Shown piece by piece: positions 1 through 9,309 of a DNA stretch of 32,000 nucleotides. A program made the translations under genes and the position numbers. The DNA lies in the NCBI RefSeq assembly GCF_000020385.1, contig NC_010814.1:2010001-2042000 (forward strand), given 5' to 3'. The notes beneath the pieces were generated by a model, which was not told where the DNA came from, searched no databases, and saw only the letters and a list, made by a program, of their open reading frames with translations. Position 1 is the first letter of the stretch. Each line of letters begins with the position of its first letter. The DNA is from Trichlorobacter lovleyi SZ. GTDB taxonomy: Bacteria; Desulfobacterota; Desulfuromonadia; Geobacterales; Pseudopelobacteraceae.

Positions 1-1
1 C

Positions 2-298
2 TACAGCGCTTTTGGTGCACGGATCGAGATCGCAGGCTGCTCACTCTGCATGGGTAACCAGGCCCGGGTACCGGATGGCGTAAACATGTTCTCCACCTCC
101 ACCCGTAACTTCGACGACCGGATCGGTAATGGCGCCAAGGTATTCCTGGGCTCCGCCGAACTGGGTGCCGTAGCGGCCAAGATGGGCAAACTGCCTACAC
201 CGGCCGAATTCTTGGCCATCTACAATGAGAAGGTTGCTCCTAACAAGGAGAAGATCTATCGTTACCTGCAGTTCGATGAGATGGAAGGCTACAAGTAG
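2..298 (+). CDS. acnB: aconitate hydratase B (AcnB-type), C-terminal fragment; the 5' end is outside the window
   Basis: The frame is open from the window edge. The translation YSAFGARIEIAGCSLCMGNQARV...STSTRNFDDRIGNGAKVFLGSAELGAVAAKMGKLPTPAEF matches the conserved AcnB C-terminal block (CSLCMGNQARV, STSTRNF, SAEL, GKLPTP). TAG at 296-298. Confidence 0.85.
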   Translation, partial: YSAFGARIEIAGCSLCMGNQARVPDGVNMFSTSTRNFDDRIGNGAKVFLGSAELGAVAAKMGKLPTPAEFLAIYNEKVAPNKEKIYRYLQFDEMEGYK

Positions 299-345
299 CA
301 TGCTGCTGAGCTGATCTGAATCAGCACATGCTGCTTAACAAGCTC

Positions 346-381
346 AAAACCCCTGTCCGGCATTGCTGTGGCAGGGGTTTT
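346..381 (+). terminator. rho-independent terminator downstream of acnB
   Basis: aaaacccctg (346-355) pairs with caggggtttt (372-381). The stem is GC-rich and runs into a T tract. Confidence 0.6.
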
Positions 382-510
382 GACTGTAAACAGTTGTCGC
401 TCGGTCGGGGGGTGAGAACGGTTCCGGTGCCGGAGGGCCGGATTCCGGCATCATATGGCTGCATGTCCGGCAGATGCAGCACAATATCACGCAATTAGCT
501 GAAAAAAGGG

Positions 511-539
511 TTGCAGCATCAATGCCCCTATGTTATAAA
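511..539 (+). promoter_or_regulatory. candidate sigma70 promoter for ihfA
   Basis: TTGCAG (511-516), 17-nt spacer, TATAAA (534-539), about 60 nt upstream of the ihfA ATG. Confidence 0.4.
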
Positions 540-600
540 CTTTTCCTTGCCGCTATCTGTCCGTTACAGAGTTAACTGTCCTATATAAGAGGGGTTTTTT

Positions 601-882
601 ATGACAAAAGCAGATATTGTTGAACGCATTCATCAGAAGATCGGTCTCTCCAAGAAGGAGTCTGCCGAAATGGTGGAGATGGTTTTCGGTATCATGAAAA
701 ATACTCTGGAATCCGGCGAGAAAATCAAGATTGCCGGTTTTGGTAATTTTGTTGTCAAGCAGAAGGCGGACCGTCGTGGCCGTAACCCCCAGACCGGAGA
801 TGCAATCACCATCTCTGCACGCCGTATCCTTACCTTTAAACCCAGCCAGGTTTTAAAAAGCGGCATCAACGACGAAGAATAA
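601..882 (+). CDS. ihfA: integration host factor subunit alpha (HU/IHF family)
   Basis: 93 aa. GLSKKES...GFGNFVVKQKADRRGRNPQTGDAITISARRILTFKPSQVLK resembles the IHF-alpha arm and C-terminus (ITARRVVTFRPGQKLK type) rather than IHF-beta. Confidence 0.85.
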   Translation: MTKADIVERIHQKIGLSKKESAEMVEMVFGIMKNTLESGEKIKIAGFGNFVVKQKADRRGRNPQTGDAITISARRILTFKPSQVLKSGINDEE

Positions 883-904
883 CGCCGGTCAGGGTAAGTA
901 GGGT

Positions 905-1255
905 ATGCAGCCAGTAATTCCGGACAAAACCTACTTTAAGATCGGTGAAGTTGCTCGTCTTGCCGATATCAAGACATCGGTACTCAGATACTGGGAAACC
1001 GAGTTTCCTTTTCTGAACCCTGAGAAAAGCTCTGCCGGGCAGCGTCTCTATACCCGGCAGGACATTGAGATGGTGCAACAGATCAAACAACTGCTCTATC
1101 AGGAAAAGTATACCATTGAAGGTGTTCGTAAGAAGTTTTCCCCGCGCAAAACCGCTTCAACCAGGCAGGTAGCTCCTGCAGATCCATCTCATGATCTGCA
1201 GACTATACTCAGAATAGTCCGACAGGAATTACGTGCTATTCGCGCCGTACTCTGA
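905..1255 (+). CDS. MerR-family transcriptional regulator
   Basis: 116 aa. The N-terminal wHTH YFKIGEVARLADIKTSVLRYWETEF...RLYTRQDIEMVQQIKQL is typical of MerR. It sits directly after ihfA, a common pairing. Confidence 0.8.
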   Translation: MQPVIPDKTYFKIGEVARLADIKTSVLRYWETEFPFLNPEKSSAGQRLYTRQDIEMVQQIKQLLYQEKYTIEGVRKKFSPRKTASTRQVAPADPSHDLQTILRIVRQELRAIRAVL

Positions 1256-1273
1256 TGTTCCCGCCGTTTATAT

Positions 1274-1306
1274 GAGCCTCGAAGAACTTTTCGGGGCTTT
1301 TTTTTA
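1274..1306 (+). terminator. rho-independent terminator after the ihfA-merR pair
   Basis: agcctcgaa / ttcggggct stem with one G-U pair, followed by an 8-9 nt T run (1298-1306). Confidence 0.6.
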
Positions 1307-1424
1307 CCCAAGACGCTACCTGTTCTCACTTCTCAGTCTTGCCGTTCAGCAGTGAATTGCTTTAAACTGTATAGTGCCTCCCGAAACGGTTTTACAATAG
1401 GGGCACTCTGGGAGAATTTGGGTT

Positions 1425-2579
1425 ATGAATGAAATAAATCAAGAACCGGATAGCTGGTTTGCACCTGCAGGCAGAGTCTCTCATGAAGCCTTGTTACAGG
1501 AAACCGCTAAGGTTGCCAATAGCAAGCTGATTTCAGCACTTTTGAATGCCATGCCAGATTTTCTGCTGGTGCTTAATGAACAACGCCAGATTGTGGCGGT
1601 AAACCAACGCTTGCTGATGACATTCGGGGTTGCTGATCCGGAATCGTTGCTGGGGTTGCGTCCGGGTGAGGCGGTTGGCTGTACCCATGCCTACGAAGGT
1701 CCGGATGGTTGCGGCACAGCAAAACATTGTGCCGTGTGTGGTGCCGTGCTTGCCATCATGGCCTGTCAGAACAGCGGTCTACCACAACAGGGCGAGTGCC
1801 AGTTGATGCTTGATAAGGATGGCTGTACAGCACTTGATCTGGATGTACTGGCTACTCCTGTGACCATTGAGGGAGAACTGTTTACGGTACTGGCCCTGCG
1901 CGATATCAGCTCTGAAAAACGCCGCCATGTCATGGAGCGGGTCTTTTTTCATGATATACTCAACAGTGCCGGTGGGATACGTGGGTTGGCCGCACTGCTG
2001 CAGGAAGGAACCACGCCGGCTGCTGAAGATGAATATAAAGGCTGGATGGTCAATCTTGCTGACAATCTGATTGAAGAAATCAATCATCAACGCCGGCTGT
2101 TGGATGCTGAGCGGGGAGCGTACAAACCACATTTTGAAACGGTGGACCTGTCGGAGCTCTTGCATGATGTCCAGCGCCTTTATGAACATCATGAGCGGGT
2201 ACCGGACCGGAAACTGGAGCTTGAACTGCCGATTGACTGCACCTTGATAACTGATCGTCCCTTGCTGCGCCGGATTGTCGGCAATATGGTGCTGAATGCG
2301 CTGGAAGCCAGTAAACGTGGAGATACAGTAACCATTAGGGCGTATTGCTCCAATGGTCTGGTTCAGATCCATGTGACAAATTCTGGTGAGATGACCTTAG
2401 ACGTCCAGCTGCAACTCTTTAAACGTTCTTTCAGTACCAAGGAAAAACAGGGAAGGGGGTTGGGTACCTACAGTATGAAGTTGTTTGGTGAGCGTTACCT
2501 GGGGGGGAAGGTTGATTTCAGCTGTTCAGGCGGTATGACCACCTTCTCCATTGAATTGCCGTTAACACCAGAGACCTAA
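1425..2579 (+). CDS. soluble sensor histidine kinase with a PAS-like Cys-rich N-terminal domain, DHp and HATPase_c
   Basis: 384 aa with no TM segment. H-box FFHDILNSAGGIRGL, N-box NMVLNALEAS, G-boxes KEKQGRGLGTYSMK. GGGAG lies about 10 nt upstream of the ATG. Confidence 0.85.
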   Translation: MNEINQEPDSWFAPAGRVSHEALLQETAKVANSKLISALLNAMPDFLLVLNEQRQIVAVNQRLLMTFGVADPESLLGLRPGEAVGCTHAYEGPDGCGTAKHCAVCGAVLAIMACQNSGLPQQGECQLMLDKDGCTALDLDVLATPVTIEGELFTVLALRDISSEKRRHVMERVFFHDILNSAGGIRGLAALLQEGTTPAAEDEYKGWMVNLADNLIEEINHQRRLLDAERGAYKPHFETVDLSELLHDVQRLYEHHERVPDRKLELELPIDCTLITDRPLLRRIVGNMVLNALEASKRGDTVTIRAYCSNGLVQIHVTNSGEMTLDVQLQLFKRSFSTKEKQGRGLGTYSMKLFGERYLGGKVDFSCSGGMTTFSIELPLTPET

Positions 2580-2693
2580 TCGGCTCCGCAGATCAGCGTA
2601 CATTTCTATCTATTTATTGTATTGAGGAGGCTCACCATGTTTTCTTTTGCAAGGAATATCAGTCTGTTCTGAAAATTCTCCATTTTTGGTGCC

Positions 2694-4271
2694 GTGGCGT
2701 CCCTGCTGCTGGTTGTTGCAGTTCTGCAGTCATACCGCGGTATGCGCTCAACTGAAGATCGTGTTGATATGTTTGTTGAAAAATATCAGGCTCTTGCTTT
2801 TATTGTCAGTGAAATGCACACCCAGGGTATCCAGACCGAACAGGCCATCCGTAATGTTATCCTGAACCCGTCTGATGAAAAGGCGATGGCCAACTACAAA
2901 AAGGCCAATGAAGAGTTCCTTGAGTCACATAAATCAGCCTCCAAATTGGCAAAAGATCTGAGCCGGTACGAACAGAACCTGGCGAAGCTTCCTGCGCTCT
3001 GGCAGGAAAATGCCGCAGTCAAGGAAGAGATTATCGCACTGGCCCGTTCCGGTAATCAGGCATCTGCCATAGAAATGCTGGCCAAGCAGGAAACCCCCAA
3101 ATGGCGTGAGATTAAAGCCCAGATTGTGGATCTGCAAAAGGGCATGAAAAAAGATATGGCTGCCTTCAGAAAAGAGATGGACAAGAAGAACGAGAATAAT
3201 CTGATCGTAACGGTTGCCATCCTGGGGGTGGCAATTGTGCTGATCAACATCATCCTGCTGGTTTTCTGGAAGCTGATGCAAAACTCCCTTGATACCATGG
3301 TGCTGCGTCTGAAGGATATTGCATCAGGTGAGGGAGATCTGACCCAGCGCTTGGAGGTGCAGGGCAAAGATGAGCTGGCCCAGGCGGCTCACTGGTTGAA
3401 CGAGTTTATCGAGAAGCTGAATCGTACTCTGGTGAGTATCTCCACCACCACCACCACACTTGCTTCAGCTACCTATGAACTGAATAATACCGCCGATCAG
3501 ATGGCCACCAGTGCGGAAGAGGTCTCGGCCCAGGCCCTGACCGTGGCCACGGCCAGTGAAGAGATGGCAGCCACCAGCAATGACATTGCCAGTAACTGTC
3601 ATGCCGCTGCCGAAAGTGCGCAATATGCTGCCAATACCACTGAAAAAGGGTTTGCGGTGGTTAAGCATACCGTTGATGGTATCAGGCAGCGGGGAGAAAA
3701 GACCAAACTTAACGCCCAGGACATTTCATCCCTGGGCGAACGTTCCGACCAGATTGGTGCCATTGTGGCCACCATTGAGGATATTGCCGACCAGACCAAC
3801 CTGCTGGCCCTGAATGCCGCCATTGAAGCGGCCCGGGCCGGTGAAATGGGACGTGGCTTTGCCGTGGTTGCCGATGAGGTCCGTGCCCTGGCTGAACGGA
3901 CCACCCGTGCCACCAAAGAGATCGGCGAGATGATCAAGGCGATTCAGCAGGAGACCAGGGAGGCGATTGTTTCCATGGAGGAGGGGGTACGGGGCACAGA
4001 AAAGGGTGCAGCCGAGGCGGCCCAGCTGGAATCCGCCCTGCAGGAAATTCTGGATCAGGTCAATTCCGTAACCATGCAGATCAGTCAGATTGCCACGGCA
4101 GCCGAAGAACAGACCGCCACCACCAGCGAGATTACTGACAACATCCACAAGATCTCGGAGGTAATTGAGGGTACTTCCAAAGGAGCTATGGATACTGCAG
4201 CGGCATCGGACAGTCTGTCGCATCTAGGAGATGAACTGAAGCGCCTGATGGGGCAGTTCAAGCTGGCCTGA
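2694..4271 (+). CDS. methyl-accepting chemotaxis protein (4-helix-bundle periplasmic sensor, HAMP, MCP signalling domain). Conservative ORF; the natural start appears to be ATG 2637, separated by an in-frame TGA at 2670-2672
   Basis: Signalling hairpin core [44 protein letters not shown]2 is [26 protein letters not shown] 2694 has no SD, whereas ATG 2637 has GAGGAGG 6 nt upstream. Confidence 0.85.
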   Translation: MASLLLVVAVLQSYRGMRSTEDRVDMFVEKYQALAFIVSEMHTQGIQTEQAIRNVILNPSDEKAMANYKKANEEFLESHKSASKLAKDLSRYEQNLAKLPALWQENAAVKEEIIALARSGNQASAIEMLAKQETPKWREIKAQIVDLQKGMKKDMAAFRKEMDKKNENNLIVTVAILGVAIVLINIILLVFWKLMQNSLDTMVLRLKDIASGEGDLTQRLEVQGKDELAQAAHWLNEFIEKLNRTLVSISTTTTTLASATYELNNTADQMATSAEEVSAQALTVATASEEMAATSNDIASNCHAAAESAQYAANTTEKGFAVVKHTVDGIRQRGEKTKLNAQDISSLGERSDQIGAIVATIEDIADQTNLLALNAAIEAARAGEMGRGFAVVADEVRALAERTTRATKEIGEMIKAIQQETREAIVSMEEGVRGTEKGAAEAAQLESALQEILDQVNSVTMQISQIATAAEEQTATTSEITDNIHKISEVIEGTSKGAMDTAAASDSLSHLGDELKRLMGQFKLA

Positions 4272-4284
4272 TACCCGGGAAACC

Positions 4285-6600
4285 ATGTCACGCTACCGCC
4301 TCTCCATAAAGCTCAAGCTGCTGCTGGCGATCTTGCCGATCCTGGCAGCGCTTGGCTTTCTGACCACTATTTTTGTGTCGTCGTACATCCAGCATTCATT
4401 TCAGCATGATCTTGAAAAGCAGCAACTGACCCTTGTCTCGCTGATGGCACAAAAGCTGGATGACCAGTTTGCCGCCTACCAGAAAACCATCATCTCATTT
4501 TCAAAAAGCATCCCGCGTCATGCCTTGAACAATCCGCAACAGCTGGAACAGTACATTGACAGCCGGCAAGGTGTTCTGGAATTTTTTGATAACAATGTGG
4601 TGGTTTTCTCTCCTCAAGGGGTGTTGCTGGCTGAGACAGCCAAACGCCCAAGCCGCACAGGTACTGATTTTTCCTTCCGCGATTATATCATCCAGACCCG
4701 TAAAAACTGGCTGCCTGTCATCTCCAAGCCGTTTCGGAGCCAGCTCAATCACCGGCCACCGGTTGTGATGTTCACTGCGCCGGTGCTTGACAAGGATGGC
4801 ACGCCCCTGGCGATTGTGGGGGGGAGCATCAACCTGCTGCGTCCCAATCTACTGGGCAGGCTGGCCACTACCAGGATCGGCAGCAACGGCTATTTTTATC
4901 TGAGCGATCTTGATCGCACCATGATCATGCATCCGGATCAGAATCGTCTGATGAAGCCGGTTGCTGCACCCGGGGTTAACAGGCTGTATGACAGGGCGCT
5001 GGCCGGTTTTGAAGGGGCAGGGGAGACCAGTAATAGCGAGGGCGTAGCAATGTTGACCGCATTCAAGCGCCTCAGCACGGTTAACTGGATCATGGCGGTC
5101 CAGGTGCCTGTTAAAGAGGCCTATGCCGCTGTCAACACTGCCCGACGTCTGGCATGGATCAGCACCGGCTGCGCCCTGCTTGTGCTTGCCATACTTACCA
5201 TTGCAGCTGCCTCGCATCTGCTGGCGCCACTGCAGCTGCTGACGACCCGGGTGTCACAGGTTGACCAGGACAGCGAGTACCAGCCGATCAAGATTGCGTC
5301 CAATGATGAAATCAGCGAACTGGCCACGGCCTTTAACAGCCTGATGTATCAACTGCAAGCCCGCGAACGTGATCTGCGCAGTAGCCGGGAGTTGTTCCAG
5401 TTTATTGCAGACTTCTCCCATGATTGGATCTTCTGGCGAATACCGGGCGGGGCAATGCTGTATATCTCACCTGCTGCGGAGGAGATCACCGGATACTCGG
5501 TTGATGAGCTGATGTCCGAGCCTACCCTGACCTATACCATGATCCACCCGGAAGATCGCGGCCTCTGGGATCAGCATCTCTGTCAGACCGAAAAAAGTCC
5601 TGATAATCAGACTATTGAGTACCGGATCATCACCAAATCGGGTCAGGTGCGCTGGTTACGCCATATCTGTGTTTCAATCTTTGACGACAATGGCGCATTG
5701 CTGGGAGTACGGGGGAGTAACCGCGATATCACTGAACGCAAGCTTGCGCTGCTGACGTTGAAGGAGAACGAAGAACGCTTCCGCTTGATCGCCAAAACAG
5801 CCCACGATGCGATCATCATGACTGATCTCCATCATCGCATCAGCTTCTGGAATCCGGCAGCAGAACTGCTTTTCGGGGCCGACTCGGCCGCTGTTATCGG
5901 CCTGCCGCTGGTAACCTTCCTGCCCGGCCTGGTGGATGCGGTGCATCAGTCCGAGACGAATAGTGAGCGGGGGCTGATGCTTGAAATCAGCGGACGTCAT
6001 CAGGATGGCCATCTGCTAATGGTGGAGCTGGCCTATTCGCAGGCCCGGCTTTCAGGTGCCCCGGTCACGGTGGTGGTTGCCCGTGATATTACGGCACGCA
6101 AACAGACAGAAGAACAACTGCGCTATATCAGCCTGCATGACAGTCTGACCGGACTCTATAACCGGGCCGCCTTTGAACACCACCTGTCCCGTTTTGACAA
6201 GGAAGGGCCGTTCCCGTTGGCAGTGATCATGGCTGACCTGGATGGTCTCAAGCAGGTCAATGACACCCAGGGACATGAGGCCGGTGACCGTTTGCTGCAG
6301 GCTGCAGCCGAACTGCTCTCACTCTCGTTTCGTACCAATGATATTGTTGCCCGGATCGGCGGAGATGAATTTGCCCTGCTGTTGCCGGGTATCCCGGAAG
6401 AGATGGCAAAGAACAAGTTTAACCGCCTGCAGCGGCAGATTGAACTGTTTACGGAATTACCTGAAAATCCGCAGGTTGCGCTATCCTGCGGCATGATCCA
6501 GGTCACCGGGCCGGGGCAACTGCTGGAGGCGGTGAAACAGGCCGATCAGCTGATGTATCAGCAGAAAAAGGCCCGTAAAGAAAATTTATCCCTGCTTTAA
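4285..6600 (+). CDS. diguanylate cyclase with dCache-like periplasmic sensor, HAMP, two PAS domains and GGDEF
   Basis: 771 aa. N-terminal TM, GYFYLSDLDRTMIMHPD Cache-type motif, second TM, two PAS blocks, GGDEF domain (RIGGDEFALLL) with an RxxD I-site (RTND). Confidence 0.85.
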   Translation: MSRYRLSIKLKLLLAILPILAALGFLTTIFVSSYIQHSFQHDLEKQQLTLVSLMAQKLDDQFAAYQKTIISFSKSIPRHALNNPQQLEQYIDSRQGVLEFFDNNVVVFSPQGVLLAETAKRPSRTGTDFSFRDYIIQTRKNWLPVISKPFRSQLNHRPPVVMFTAPVLDKDGTPLAIVGGSINLLRPNLLGRLATTRIGSNGYFYLSDLDRTMIMHPDQNRLMKPVAAPGVNRLYDRALAGFEGAGETSNSEGVAMLTAFKRLSTVNWIMAVQVPVKEAYAAVNTARRLAWISTGCALLVLAILTIAAASHLLAPLQLLTTRVSQVDQDSEYQPIKIASNDEISELATAFNSLMYQLQARERDLRSSRELFQFIADFSHDWIFWRIPGGAMLYISPAAEEITGYSVDELMSEPTLTYTMIHPEDRGLWDQHLCQTEKSPDNQTIEYRIITKSGQVRWLRHICVSIFDDNGALLGVRGSNRDITERKLALLTLKENEERFRLIAKTAHDAIIMTDLHHRISFWNPAAELLFGADSAAVIGLPLVTFLPGLVDAVHQSETNSERGLMLEISGRHQDGHLLMVELAYSQARLSGAPVTVVVARDITARKQTEEQLRYISLHDSLTGLYNRAAFEHHLSRFDKEGPFPLAVIMADLDGLKQVNDTQGHEAGDRLLQAAAELLSLSFRTNDIVARIGGDEFALLLPGIPEEMAKNKFNRLQRQIELFTELPENPQVALSCGMIQVTGPGQLLEAVKQADQLMYQQKKARKENLSLL

Positions 6601-6669
6601 CAGCCCTGTTGATTGCCAAACAACCATTCCCTGTTACACTTGGCTATAATTTGTGGAGGTCGTTCCACC

Positions 6670-9309
6670 ATGGTAGCCTGGTTTAACAACCTTTCAATCA
6701 CCACTAAAGCCACCATCCTGCTTTCGCTGACTGCCATGTTTTTTTTGCTGGCGCTGTCGGGTGTTACCTATTTTTTTGCCCGCCAGGAGCTGCAGCAGTC
6801 CATTGCCACCAACCAGACCGCCATGGTCAACAATATTGCCGTCCAGCTGGATGAAAATCTGGCCTCTGCCCGCAACTATCTGCAGCATCTGGCAGGGCAT
6901 CTACAACAGCAGCACGGAAAGGTGCCTGCACATCTCCAGCAGATACTCGGGCATCATGATGAAGCCCATCTGTTTTTCGACCACGGTCTGATCCTGCTTT
7001 CACCGCAGGGCAGGATTGTTGCCGAGATCCCCTACCACCCTGAGCGGATCGGACTTGATCGCAGCCACCGTGAATACTACCAGCGTGTCATGGCAACCGG
7101 TAAGCCGTCAATCAGCGCACCGTACCAGCTCTCGTTGCCGCCCAACCCGCCGGTGATTGCCTTTTCCGTGCCGGTCCGGGATACCCAAAACCGGATGACT
7201 GGTGTGCTGATGGGACGGCACAGTCTGTATAAAAAGGGCATTTTGCAAGGTTTGGTTGATGCACCGATCGGCAACAGCGGCTATTTCTATCTTTTTAACC
7301 AGCAGCGGACCTTGCTGATCCATCCTGATGTGTCCCGCATCCTTACCACTGTGGCACCTGGAAAAAACAGGGCGCTTGATGCTGCCCTGCAAGGCCGGGA
7401 GGGTACCTGGGAAAACACCAATTCTCTCGGCGTTGCCGGACTGACCAGTATCAAACAGCTGAAGGAGGCCCCCTGGTACCTGGCTGCTCACTATCCACTC
7501 AGTGAGGCCTATGCCCCCCTGCAACGTGCCCGCTTTGCCTTTGTTGCCGTACTGGTGGTTTCCATGGGGCTGGCAGTGGTAGCGGTCTGGTTCAGTATGC
7601 AGCCGATGGTGCAGCCATTACGCCAGTTAACGGAACATCTGCGGGATCTTGGACAAAAACAGGGGGATGAACGCTTTCTGCCGGAAACGTCACGTGATGA
7701 GATCGGACAGCTCAGCAAGGTGTTTAACGAGCTGTTGCATGAACTGGATGACGACACTGCCGCCCTTGAAGAATCAGCCGAGGTCTACCGGATCGTAACC
7801 GAGTTTACGACCGAGGTCTCGATCTGGCAGCTTGAAAACGGTGATATCCGTTATATCTCCCCCAACTGCATTGATGTGTTCGGCTACATGGCCGCAGAAT
7901 TTTATGCAGACCCCGCTCTGATTTCAATCATGATCCATCCTGATGATCAGGCCGCCTGGCAGGGGCACCGGCCGGGAAGTTGTTCATTGGGCGGGAGCGG
8001 AGTTGAGACCAGGATGATTGTCAAGGATGGTTCAATCCACCATTTCAGGCATTACTGTCATCAGGTGGTTGATCAGCAGGGGCGGCCTAACGGTATCCGC
8101 AGCAGTTGGCTGGATGTCTCCGGCCAGCAGTTGATTGAATCCAGGGCACGCAAACTTTCCAGGGCCGTGGAACAGAGTGCCGGAATTGTCATTATGACCG
8201 CCACGGACGGCTCGATTGAGTATGTCAACCCTGCCTTCTGCAGGGCAACCGGTTACACCGGTGATGAGGTGCTGGGAAGAAATATCGATCTGCTCAAGAC
8301 CGACCAACTGTCAAAAGAGGTTGAAGAGGCCCTGTGGCGCGCCATTAACAATGGCCAGCAGTGGCGGGGAGAGTTCTGCAACCAGCGCAAGGACGGCAGC
8401 AGGTACTGGGTGAATGCGTCAATCTCGCCGCTGTTCGATAAAAATAACCAGATTACGGGATACCTGTCGGTTCAGGAGGATATTACCGATAAAAAGGCGG
8501 CCGAACAGCTGATGCTGGAGCTATTCCAGCAGGTGGAGCAGGCAAAACTTGAATGGGAGCATACGCTGGACCATCTGCATGACTTTATTATCCTGACCGA
8601 TGCCGAACACCGGATCAGGCGCTATAACCGGATACTGGCCGACATGACCGGCAGGGATGTCAAGGGGCTGGTTGGTAAAGACTGGCGAGACCTGCTGCAG
8701 GAAACAGGTTTCAAATTTGTCCACTTTAATGCTGAAAGCGGAGAGATGCTGCACCAGCGTTCCGCCCATATCTATGACATCAATGTCTATCCGGTCAAGG
8801 ACTCGCTCGAAGGTACGTTGACCGGGTTTGTGATCTCCCTGAACGACACCACAGAACTGCGGGCCATTACCCATGAGCTTGAACAGACCATGACGGAACT
8901 GAACGAGGCGCAGTCCCAGATCTATCAACAGGAAAAGATGGCCTCCATCGGTCAGCTGGCTGCCGGGGTGGCCCATGAGATCAACAATCCGATGGGCTTT
9001 ATTACCAGTAACCTTGGATCGCTGGACAAATATGTCAGCAGATTGTCGGACTATATCAGCGTGGTTGATCAGGCCATGCAGCAGTGTACTGTTGCCGGTC
9101 TGGTTGCCCCGGTTCTGGAGGCCCGCAAGCAGCTCAAGATAGACCGGATTCTTGCTGATGCCCATCAACTGATTGGAGAAAGCCAGGACGGAGCCGGGCG
9201 GGTACGCAGGATTGTGCAGGATCTGAAGAGCTTTTCACGGGTTGATCAGGCGGAAACCGCACTGGTTGATCTGAACGAAATCCTGGAAACCACCAGGGGT
9301 TTTGCCTGA
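6670..9309 (+). CDS. sensor histidine kinase with dCache-like sensor, HAMP, three PAS domains and DHp. It is truncated and has no HATPase_c catalytic domain
   Basis: GGAGG lies 10 nt upstream of ATG 6670. H-box AAGVAHEINNPMGF, then ...DLKSFSRVDQAETALVDLNEILETT. The ORF ends (TGA TGA, 9307-9312) where the N/G1/F/G2 boxes should begin. Confidence 0.8.
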   Translation: MVAWFNNLSITTKATILLSLTAMFFLLALSGVTYFFARQELQQSIATNQTAMVNNIAVQLDENLASARNYLQHLAGHLQQQHGKVPAHLQQILGHHDEAHLFFDHGLILLSPQGRIVAEIPYHPERIGLDRSHREYYQRVMATGKPSISAPYQLSLPPNPPVIAFSVPVRDTQNRMTGVLMGRHSLYKKGILQGLVDAPIGNSGYFYLFNQQRTLLIHPDVSRILTTVAPGKNRALDAALQGREGTWENTNSLGVAGLTSIKQLKEAPWYLAAHYPLSEAYAPLQRARFAFVAVLVVSMGLAVVAVWFSMQPMVQPLRQLTEHLRDLGQKQGDERFLPETSRDEIGQLSKVFNELLHELDDDTAALEESAEVYRIVTEFTTEVSIWQLENGDIRYISPNCIDVFGYMAAEFYADPALISIMIHPDDQAAWQGHRPGSCSLGGSGVETRMIVKDGSIHHFRHYCHQVVDQQGRPNGIRSSWLDVSGQQLIESRARKLSRAVEQSAGIVIMTATDGSIEYVNPAFCRATGYTGDEVLGRNIDLLKTDQLSKEVEEALWRAINNGQQWRGEFCNQRKDGSRYWVNASISPLFDKNNQITGYLSVQEDITDKKAAEQLMLELFQQVEQAKLEWEHTLDHLHDFIILTDAEHRIRRYNRILADMTGRDVKGLVGKDWRDLLQETGFKFVHFNAESGEMLHQRSAHIYDINVYPVKDSLEGTLTGFVISLNDTTELRAITHELEQTMTELNEAQSQIYQQEKMASIGQLAAGVAHEINNPMGFITSNLGSLDKYVSRLSDYISVVDQAMQQCTVAGLVAPVLEARKQLKIDRILADAHQLIGESQDGAGRVRRIVQDLKSFSRVDQAETALVDLNEILETTRGFA

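Noticed and set aside
1779-2372. Long antisense ORFs inside confirmed genes: 1779-2372, 8521-9168, 13718-14245, 15223-15876, 15552-16037, 3726-4223 and others
   Set aside because: Each lies opposite a gene with strong family motifs. Their translations are Arg/Gly/Pro-rich or of low complexity, with no recognisable domains. This is typical shadow-ORF behaviour at this GC content.
2670-2672. Selenocysteine recoding of the in-frame TGA in the MCP
   Set aside because: I could fold no SECIS-like stem-loop in the 40 nt downstream. A Sec residue at the cytoplasmic edge of a signal-anchor helix has no functional rationale.
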